A stretch of 64,000 bases of DNA from Nitrospirota bacterium (GTDB lineage Bacteria; Nitrospirota; UBA9217), in NCBI GenBank assembly GCA_963845065.1, contig CAWJQQ010000009.1:160001-224000 (forward strand), given 5' to 3'. The position numbers and the translations under genes were made by a program. The notes beneath the pieces are model-generated. The model was not told the DNA's origin. It made no database searches and saw only the letters and a program-made list of their open reading frames with translations. Below are positions 20,460 through 30,100 of the stretch, piece by piece (position 1 is the stretch's first letter; each line of letters starts with the position of its first letter).

Positions 20460-21023
20460 ATGAATGTTCATGCTAAACCAAGAACTCTTGTCGCATTGCT
20501 CTCCATCACAGCGACATTTTTCATCACAGATCCTGTTGCGAACGCGTTGACAAAGGCTGAGATTGACGTCGGCGTCACAGCGACCCTCTCCCGTTTCCAG
20601 AAGGATATCAAAGGTGGCTCCGAATATCTGAAGGCGTCGAGGGGCGTACTGGTCATGCCACACATCACCAAGGCCGGTTTTATCGTCGGAGGACAGTACG
20701 GCCAAGGCTCCCTTCTTGTCGGTGACAAGACCGTCCAATACTATAGCCTCATATCGGGTTCACTAGGATATCAAATCGGCGCTGAGCAGTACGACATGGT
20801 CATTATTTTTATGACCGACGATGCACTGAATAAATTCCGCAAGAGTAACGGCTGGGAGGCAGGTGTGGACGCCGAAGTAACGCTTGTTCAAGTGGGAGCC
20901 AACATTTCCGTCGAGACCCTCAGGAGTCAGCAACCCATTGCGGGGTTTGTCTTCGATCAGAAAGGTTTGATGGCTGGCGTCTCTATCAAAGGCGCCAAAT
21001 TTACACCGATGCACCCGGAGTAA
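20460..21023 (+). CDS. YSC84-related (SYLF) secreted lipid-binding protein
   Basis: Signal peptide, GVLVMP.I.KAGFIVGGQYG.G, SLGYQIGA and KGLMAGVSI.GAK motifs; AGGAGG RBS. Confidence 0.85.
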   Translation: MNVHAKPRTLVALLSITATFFITDPVANALTKAEIDVGVTATLSRFQKDIKGGSEYLKASRGVLVMPHITKAGFIVGGQYGQGSLLVGDKTVQYYSLISGSLGYQIGAEQYDMVIIFMTDDALNKFRKSNGWEAGVDAEVTLVQVGANISVETLRSQQPIAGFVFDQKGLMAGVSIKGAKFTPMHPE

Positions 21024-21399
21024 GGCATTTTGCGGAAATCACTATACGACATCATGGCGTTCGAATGTATCCAGCATGCAGTACTAATGGACACTATCTT
21101 TCTAGGCTTCCAACATATAGAATTTCGTGCAATATACTCTTACTAGTATAATCTAACCATTCCGTTCCTCGCGACTTCATCCTAAAGAAATCCCAAATTC
21201 AACATTAGAAAAAGGAACTGTGCATATATTAAATGCTATCCTGCCTACCTCAGATAGGGTCGAAGCAATCCCCCCACCTCGGCTATGGTTTCCAATGAGC
21301 CGTAATGTTGGCCTAACTCCGAGAAATGCTGTGTCTGATTTGTTTGCGAATACGAACGCTGCCATCGCGCGGTCTAAAACATATACTTGACTCAGAAAG

Positions 21400-21534
21400 A
21401 ACATCGCACTATAAGTTACAATCAAAAAATATTTCACTTCAATAAGAACAGAATCTCCCCGATGTTCACCTACAATTGTGTAGTTGTCACCGTTTGAACA
21501 ATCAATAAATACAGCTCGTAAATTCCACATGAAC
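21400..21534. repeat. Dispersed non-coding repeat family, copy G
   Basis: CACTTCAA at 21435, CTACAATTGTGTAG at 21470, CACATGAAC at 21526-21534 (the attC R'). Confidence 0.75.
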
Positions 21535-21586
21535 GCGCGGGCGAGGGGCGAGTAGTTCAACGCCCCACTCGACACGCTTGTTGAAA
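21528..21586 (-). other. attC-like site (59 bp)
   Basis: Minus strand reads TTTCAAC ... G[T]CGAG[T]GGGGCG / CGCCCCTCGC ... GTTCATG, with two extrahelical bases. Confidence 0.75.
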
Positions 21587-21897
21587 ATTATGGTACGAAG
21601 AGTTGAAAAACCCATCAACAAACGAGATTTCCTCCTCACCCCATTTCAGTGAAGACTGACGCGTAAACCGAATGAAACTGCAGGAACGTTGCAACCGACT
21701 GGGCTTTTTTTATTCCAAGCTATAAAACAGGAACCATGATTACCTCCTCTCTTCCCAAAATCTACAACGCGTTTTTTTCTCGTAACACTTGACAGGATTA
21801 GTCTCTGCTGCCATACTGAATTAGTAATACCACGTCAGTTATTTATTACTGCGCTATGCATAACGTGATATTTACCCATTAAAAGGAGGAAAGACTT

Positions 21898-22707
21898 ATG
21901 GCAACAAATAGAGCCAAATTAGTTTTAGCAGTTATAGGTCTAATAGTCTCACTATTGTTATCCACCATAGCTTTTGCTGAAAGCAATAGTGCATCAGAAA
22001 ATCAACAGACCATCAATGATTACAACAAAGCAATAGAACTAAATCCGAAAGATGCAACAGAATATGTTAATCGTGGAATTGCTTATAAAGCTTTAGGGAA
22101 CTATCAGGAGGCTATCAATGATTACAGCAAGGCAATAGAACTAGATCCGAAAGATGCGGATGCATACTACAATCGAGGGAATGCTTATAAAGTTTTACGA
22201 AACTTTAAACAGGCGATCAATGATTACGATAAGGCAATAGAACTAGATCCGAAAGATGCGGATGCATATAGGAATCGCGGGATTGCTTATAAGGTTTTAG
22301 GAAACTATCAGCAGGCTATCAATGATTACAACAAGGCAATAGAACTAAATCCGGAAGGTGCGGATGCGTACTATAATCGTGGGAATGCTTATAAAGCTTC
22401 AGGAAACCTTGAACAGGCTATCAATGATTACAACAAGGCAATAGAACTAGATCCGAAAGATGCGGATGCATACTATAATCGTGGGGTTGCTAATCATGCT
22501 TCAGGAAACCTTGAACATGCAATCAGTGATTACAGCAAGGCAATAGAACTAGATCCGAAAGATGCGGATGCATACTATAATCGTGGGGTTGCTTATCAGA
22601 AATCAGGAAATAACGATATGTTTATCCAAAATCTTAAAATGTCTGCGAAGTTAGGGGATGGGAAAGCCCAGGATTATTTGCGTTCAAAGGGAATTGCATG
22701 GCATTAA
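21898..22707 (+). CDS. Secreted tetratricopeptide repeat protein
   Basis: Signal peptide; about 6 near-identical 34-aa TPRs (DY.KAIELDPKDADAYYNRG); AGGAGG RBS. Confidence 0.92.
   Translation: MATNRAKLVLAVIGLIVSLLLSTIAFAESNSASENQQTINDYNKAIELNPKDATEYVNRGIAYKALGNYQEAINDYSKAIELDPKDADAYYNRGNAYKVLRNFKQAINDYDKAIELDPKDADAYRNRGIAYKVLGNYQQAINDYNKAIELNPEGADAYYNRGNAYKASGNLEQAINDYNKAIELDPKDADAYYNRGVANHASGNLEHAISDYSKAIELDPKDADAYYNRGVAYQKSGNNDMFIQNLKMSAKLGDGKAQDYLRSKGIAWH
22010..22600 (+). repeat. 102-bp coding tandem repeats (TPR units)
   Basis: Recurring GGCAATAGAACTAGATCCGAAAGATGCGGATGCATAC at 102-bp period. Confidence 0.9.
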
Positions 22708-23101
22708 ATTATTGAGCTCTGCATAAATAATGGAAAATATTTATCAGAGAGGGTTGTGCGCATTCCCTTGAATGGGTGCATTGGCCGACTGAGGTTGTTT
22801 GACTGCGTTGTTCCGGACAGAAAGCTTGTCGAACAAAGCACTTTATGCCAAGAAACAAAATAACAACCTGAAGTGGGTACCTGATTAAGTCAGTCACCCA
22901 TTTAAATATATGAGTTCACATGAATTATTTTCGTTCATAATTTGCTAACACGCTCTGAGTATATAAAACGTGGTGTTGGGCTGAAGATTCGCAACTTGCA
23001 CGAGAAGATCGACTGTCTTCTTATGAATCAGTGGCGGCTGATGGATATCTTAGCAGGAAATTGATTCGACCCGAAAGAAACAAAGAAAGGATGACAATAT
23101 T

Positions 23102-23254
23102 ATGAAGAAAAAAATTGGACTATTGGTAATTGTGGTCATGTTGCTCGTATCCAGCGGTTGCTTTCCCTATTGGGGCGGAGGACGTGGGGGCGGCTTTGGC
23201 GGCCATGGAGAACATGGAGAACACTGGGGTGGTGAGCATGGAGGGCGCCGTTAA
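23102..23254 (+). CDS. Small Gly/His-rich lipoprotein (50 aa, not in the ORF track)
   Basis: MKKKIGLLVIVVMLLVSSGCFPYWGGGRGGGFGGHGEHGEHWGGEHGGRR: basic n-region, hydrophobic core, lipobox-like SSGC; AAGGA upstream. Confidence 0.7.
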   Translation: MKKKIGLLVIVVMLLVSSGCFPYWGGGRGGGFGGHGEHGEHWGGEHGGRR

Positions 23255-23779
23255 AATACTGCCGGGTCCGGTCAAGTTCGATTAGGTTAGAGGTATTTAC
23301 TTGACTCAATCTATCACAATTTATGGTAGACGCTGTTTCTCGGCGTTTCGCTGAGGGAGCAACGACGTGACTGTAAAACAAACCATTTGCGACGATGCTG
23401 CGATATTCTAAAATCATAAGACCTCAAAATATAGGGGGTGGTTGGGTGATGATGGACTCGGCTTCACTGCCGATTAGATGCAAGGTTCTTATGTATGTTT
23501 AGATTCACTTCATAGTAAATAATTGCTTGCCGTTGCGGGGAACATATCGGGGACATTGTTGCTATCTGTGCTTCCTTTCAATTAAGAAAAGAAAAAATGC
23601 TGGGAGGTTTTTCGGCAAGATGGGAAAATCTCTCAGATGTTATCTAGTTTAGTAAAAGCATGCCAAATCAACACCCTATTTTCAGACACATATATGCCCT
23701 ATTCCAGCCCTTGTCATCGTGTAAAAGTGTATCTACAGTTACACGCTACAGGATTCATATTTAAAGGCGATCGTCGGTG

Positions 23780-24118
23780 CTAACTCTCAACACATTTTAT
23801 GCATCGAGTGTATGTCGGGTCTTCTGAAAGCCGGTGATTCTCAATTTTTTCGCCGCATACAAAGCAGTTACCGTAATCGCCGGCTTCAATTCGGCGAAAC
23901 GCACCTTCAATTTTCCCAAGTTGACGCTTAGGCCCCCTGACTACTTCCTCGGCTATAAGCTGTGCCTGCATGGCTTCCATTCGGGAAAGCTGGACTAAAT
24001 CGGCTTGATCCAGCTCCATGGGTTTTGCTGCTTCTTTCGATGAACCTTCAAGCTTCTGAAGCTCCGATCTAAGACTAAGAAGCTTTTGTTTAAAATGCTC
24101 AATCTCAGTTTCATTCAT
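23780..24118 (-). CDS. TraR/DksA family C4 zinc-finger protein
   Basis: ELDQA....LSRM.AMQ, YGNC..CGE.I...RL..DP....CIKC. Confidence 0.85.
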   Translation of the reverse strand: MNETEIEHFKQKLLSLRSELQKLEGSSKEAAKPMELDQADLVQLSRMEAMQAQLIAEEVVRGPKRQLGKIEGAFRRIEAGDYGNCFVCGEKIENHRLSEDPTYTRCIKCVES

Positions 24119-24196
24119 TCGCGTCTCCTGTGGGACCGTTAAATCCTTCTTTTTACGACGCAACAAGGTTAACAGTTTTCATTCCTTCTTTTTATT

Positions 24197-27100
24197 CTAG
24201 ATAGGTATTCTTACCTCGACCTTGTGCTCTTGTCGATCGTCAACAAAGGATATCTCATTCCTGCTTTGCAGAGCGCCGTCGACAATCACGCTCGCCATGC
24301 TGTTGTCGCGCAATTGCAGGACGGTGATATGGTAGATGGTTTCTCGGTACCGATAGTGCACCATAAACGAATCCCACTCCTTGGGCAGGCACGGCTCGAA
24401 GCGCAGGCTGTCTGTTTCAAGCCGAAGCCCCAGGAGTGATTCCACGATAAGCCGGTACATCCACCCGGCCGATCCCGTGTACCAAGTCCATCCGCCTCGC
24501 CCGACATGCGGAGGAACCGCATATACGTCGGCGGCGGCAACGTACGGTTCTCCTTTGTAGACCGCGATTTCTTCGGCCGATTTCGCATGGTTTATCGGAT
24601 TGATCATTGCCAGCAAGTCCCATGCGCGTCTGCTATCGCCCAATGCGGCAAAGGCCATTGCCGTCCAGATTGCCGCATGGGTATACTGCCCGCCGTTCTC
24701 CCTTACACCGGGAACGTATCCTTTGATATAGCCTGGATTCAAATTTGATTTATCGAACGGCGGGTCTAGGAGCTGGATGAGATTGTGTTCCCGTCGAACA
24801 AGAAGTTTGTCAACTGATTCCATTGCAGTGCGAGACCGTCCCATATCCCCGGCGCCAGAGAGAACGGACCAGCTTTGCGCAATGGAATCGACGCGGCATT
24901 CGGGATTGTCTGCAGAACCCAGCGGAGAACCGTCGTCAAAAAAAGCACGCATATACCACTCGCCGTCCCATCCGTGCTTCTCGATATTTCCGCGCAGTTG
25001 CTCGGCTTCCTTGCGGCTGCGTTCGGCAAATGACGGATCGCCGTGCAGGAGCGCAATATCAGAAAACCGTACCAGTACTTCATACAAAAAAAATCCGAGC
25101 CAGACGCTTTCGCCCCGGCCTTGAATGCCCACCAGGTTCATGCCGTCGTTCCAATCGCCCGAGCCGATGAGCGGCAGGCCGTGTTCGCCGCGGGTGAGGC
25201 CCCTCAGAATGGCCCGCACACAGTGATCGTAAAGACTTGCCGTTTCTTCAGATGCATGGGGAAGATCGTAATACGAATCCTCGTCCGGGTTTATCGGCCG
25301 GCCCTCGATGAAGCGGACGGTTTCATCCAGCACCCCAGTGTCTCCGGTTAAGAGAACGTAGCGACACACGGCCAGGGGTAGCCAGAGAAAATCGTCCGAA
25401 CAGCGCGTACGTACTCCCCTCCCCGTAGGGGGATGCCACCAATGCTGGACATCTCCCTCCTTGAACTGATGGGCAGCGCAGAGGAGAAGGTGCTCGCGCA
25501 CGAGCCGCGGCTCGGAGAGGATGAGCGCCATCACGTCCTGTAACTGGTCACGGAAACCGAATGCGCCCCCGGACTGATAATATCCGCTCCGCGCCCAGAG
25601 ACGGCATGCTAGAGTCTGATATACGAGCCAGCCGTTGGCCAGCATGTTGACGGATAGGTCGGGCGTTTCCACCTGCACTGCGCCGAGGGTGTGATTCCAA
25701 TACTCCCAGACCTTTTCAAGCGCCCCTCGTGCGGCAACAGATCCACGGAAGCGGCGCACCAGGTTGCCTGCATCATCGGAGTTTCTCCCTGCGCCAAGCC
25801 TGTAGATAATCTCCCGCTCTTGTCCGTCCGTCAGGTCGAAGGGAACCTGGATAGCGGCGCAGGGATCCAGGGCAGCACCTACCCTGCCGGAAAGCCGCGT
25901 ACGCGTTATCGCAGCCGGTCTCCGAAGTACGCCGTTGCGGCCGAGGAACTCAGTCCGGTCGCCGGTAACGGTCCGGGTCGCCTCGCCCGCGTCGAAGAAG
26001 GCGGTCCGATCAACGAACTCGGAGTTATAGGGGTTCCGCGCGAAGATCGCGCCGGTTTTAGGGTCGATTTCAGTGATCACTTGCATTGACGTTTTCGGCC
26101 GCAGATCTCCCAGCACCCATTCCACGTAACCAAAGGCTGAGAGTCTTCGCGGACGGCCCGAACTGTTTTTTACCTTCATTGCCGTAAATTTGATAGACGC
26201 ATCCATTGCAACGTAAACCCAGACCTCCGAGCTGATGCCGTCCTCCATGTGTTCAAAGACGCTGTAACCAAATCCATGGCGCGTGACATAATGCATAATC
26301 CCGCAGTCCGGCAGCGGCAAGGGGGACCAGAAATGGCCGCTCTCTTCATCGCGGAGGTAAAAAGTTTCTCCGCCAGAATCGCTTATTGGATCGTTGTTCC
26401 AGGGAGTGAGGCGGAACTCGTGGGCATTTTCGCTCCAGGTATAAGCAGCTCCGCTCTCAGATATAATTGTCCCGAAATGCGGGTTTGCCAGCACATTCAC
26501 CCAGGGCGCCGGGGTCTTCTGCTCGGCCGCGGTCGTAATGATGTACTCGCGGCCGTCAGGAGTGAATCCTCCGAGGCCGTTAAAAAACAGCAGATCGTTG
26601 CGGGCCATTACCGCGGCAGCCCCGGTTTCAAGTTTGTGGATCCGCTTTGGTATGAGGCGCGGTGCCAAAGCCTTTGCAAGAGCGCGACGGCTTACCTGAT
26701 CCTCAAGCGAGCCGAGGCTGTCGGTAATGACGGCGCGTGCAACTGTTTGAAGCAGGATACGGTCCTCGTTCGATATCTGGTCCACCGGTCTTACGAAGAT
26801 GCCGCCCGGGCGTTCCACTACGTTCGCTTCAACTCCTGCCGCAATGAGCCCCATGATCTGTTCCTGCAGAAGCTGCCGGTAACCGGCGTGATCCTCATTC
26901 CAGATCACGAGGTCCACTGCCAGTCCCTTGAGACGCCAGTACGCGTGGGCTTGTACAAGCTGGCGCACCAGGTCGATATTTGCCGGATCTTCGATCCGTA
27001 AGAGCACGATCGGTAGATCTCCTGAAATGGAGTAGCCCCAGAGACCGGACTGCCCGCGATGGTTCCTGAGGATAACGCCCGGATCAACGCGCAGAGAAGA

Positions 27101-30100
27101 ATTGGCATAGAGAACGGAGCCAGCAAGACGTCCGTAGAGCTGGGCATCGGCTTCCGTGGCATTAATCTGGCGCAGAAGCACCTGGCTGTGGGTCCAGGCG
27201 AGATCAAAAACGCGGTCAGCAAGCCGCCGGTCTTGATACTTCTCGACAAGGCTCATACTGATGTCCCGGGTTTCGCCAATACCGGTGACGATGTTGATTG
27301 TTGCCGATGTCTCCGGCTCAAGGGTTATCCGATACCGGATAGCGACGATTGGATCGAGCACTGAGCCTTGGCTTCCCGAGAGTGCACCCGACCTGACCAT
27401 TGCTTGTGGATCGGCAACGGTCCTCCCTCTGCCGATGAACTGCAGGCGATCGGTCTCATAGGAAACTTCGTTGATGCCCGCCCCGTGGACTGCCATCAGA
27501 TGGAACATCCACGGCTCGTGCTCGTCCTGGGAGCGGGGGCGGCGGGTGCAGAGGATCGCCTGCCTTTGATCGATGATCTCCGTCTGAACAAAAAGATTGC
27601 TGAACGCCGGATGCAGCGCATCTCCCGCAGGCGACGCAAGGACAACCTCTGCGTAACTCGTGACCTCGATCTCTCTCTGTGCCCGGGTGCGGTTGGTGAT
27701 CGTGATCCTGCGCAGCTCGATATCATCCTCGGGAGAAACTGCGATCTCAGTATGTGTGTCAAAGTCGTGGTCCCTGCGGCGAAACTCAGCGCGGCCTTCC
27801 GAGAAAATCGCCTCATAATTCTTCGAGCGTTTGAGTGCAGGCTGATGTGCTGTTGACCAGAACTCCCCGCTCCCTGCGTCGCGGATGTAACAGAACGTTC
27901 CCCAATCATCGCGGGTTATGTCTTCTTGCCAGCGCGTGACCGCTATGTCCTTCCAGTGGCTGTACCCGCCTCCGGCGTTCGTGATCATCACGTGGTATCT
28001 GCCGTTGGACAGCAACTGCACCTGGGGAGACAACGTGTCAGGGCTGCTGAAAACGCGCACTGACGCCTCCATGCCTGGGGGAGCCGCATAGGAGTCGGAA
28101 CGATCGGCAATCTGTGAATAGAATGCCGTAGCCCTCGGCACCCGCTCCTGGAGCAGCAGCAAGGTTGCCTGGAACAAGGGATCCGACTCGAATCGTTTCT
28201 GCATCTGACGGTCCAAGAGCAGATGGGCAAGGGAGAGAAAGCTCATTCCCACATGATGCGCCATGAAGGACCGGACCACGACGCTCGATTGGCCGCGCTG
28301 CAAACGGGAAAGTGTGTGATCGACTGCTTCATAGAACCCGAATTTTCCTTCAACTCCTTCCGCAGCGAGCCGCTGCAGATTCAGGCAGGCCTCCTCGGGC
28401 GCCACCATCAGTGCAAGCGCCGAAGCGTATGGCGCGACGACCAGATCGTCCGCGAGCCCCCGTTTGAGGCCCAGGCCGGGTACGCCGAAGGCGCGGTATT
28501 GATAGTTGTGATGAGCGTCGATCGTGTTGTAGCCGGATTCTGATATGCCCCAGGCTACGCCGCGCTCCCTCCCATACTCGATCTGCCTGGCCACTGCCGC
28601 CTTGCAGGTCTCGTCGAGCAGCGTATGCTCATACGTCGGCATCACCAGCAGCGGCATAAGGTATTCGAACATCGAACCGCTCCATGAAACAAGGATCGGC
28701 TCTCCACCGACATTCGTGAGCAGGCGACCCAGGGCAAACCAGCTCTCCTGCGGCAATTGTCCCTGAGCAATCCCTACGAAATTGCAGAGTCTCGCTTCCG
28801 AAGCCAGCAAATCGTAGTAACCCGTATCCCGCCTGCGGCCATCCACGTTGTACCCGATGGCCAGCAAGTGACTCGATCTGTCGAACAGGAAATCATACTC
28901 CATGCGGCTCAGTTCGTCGCACTGCAATACAAGCCGTTCGATAGCCAAGATCCTCTCTGTGGCATTATCGCTCCCTCGTTTTGACAGATCACGCAATGTC
29001 GGGATCTCATCTATCCTGTGATCGGACGACGGGGCGACATGCGTCAATTCGTCAAGCGCGGCCCGGCTTTGCGCGGCAAAAGCGCGCGCCCACCATCCTG
29101 CCTGATTTTCCGGAAGGATATTGGAATTATCGATCTTGGTAAGAACTTCATCCGCGGACGTTATCAGCTCATCAAGGCAGAGCCGTGCTGCAGTGAGCGT
29201 GGCTGGCGGGAAATTGTATGCTGACTCCAAGTCCTTCCGTAGTTGGGCAAGGACCGTTGGTTCTTCAATTTCACTGGCATCCACGAGGATATTAAGAGTG
29301 TCGGAGAGCCCGTTGAACAATCTCGCATGAACAATCTTTTGATCGGGCAGTGCCAAGAGACCCTGCCGGAGCGTGAGCAGATGGCCAGCAAGGTTCCCAC
29401 TGTCCACCGTAGATACATACTTGGGCTGCAGCGGCTTCAGCGACCGAGTATCGTACCAGTTGTAGAAGTGGCCCCGGTATCGTGCCAGGGTTTGCATCGT
29501 AGAGAGTGCATTCGTCGTGCGGTCGATGAATTGCCCCGTTGAAATATAGCCGAAGTCAAGGGCGGACAAATTGGCCAGCAGCGCGAGCCCCATGTTCGTG
29601 GGCGACGTGCGATGCGCGAGAACGGGGACAGGATTCTCCTGATAGTTATCAGGCGGCAGCCAATGGTCCTCCGGGCCGACGAAGGTCTCGAAGAAGGCCC
29701 AGGTTTTTCGGGAAAGCATTTGGAGAAAAACGGTTTGGTTAGCTGTCAATCGTGCCTCATGCGGGGCAAGCGGCCGGCTGATCCACCACGCGATAAGGGG
29801 TGAAACAAACCAGAGCACGAGGAGAAGCCCCGCCGCTCCCAATGCAGCAGGATTCGATAAGGCCAGATAGATCACCATGAGGACGCTCAGAAAGGGGGCA
29901 AACCACATGGTCCGGCAAACCGAAGCGAAGCCTGTGCGATTTTTTCGATTCGGGTCGCTCGAAGGACTCCATTCTAGAAGCCGCTCGTGCGTAACCAGTA
30001 CTCTCCAGACCGTACGCGAAATCGCATCCAAACTAAAAAATGCCTCGTAGGGAAGGCACGCAAGCGTAAACGCATCCTGAGCAAAGTTCCTCACCATGGA

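Noticed and set aside
21177..21575. 132-aa ORF as a cassette gene
   Set aside because: It runs through the attC and repeat copy G, has no RBS and no recognisable domain.
22010..22600. CRISPR-like or DGR-like repeats
   Set aside because: The 102-bp period equals in-frame 34-aa TPR units, and there is no reverse transcriptase in the window.
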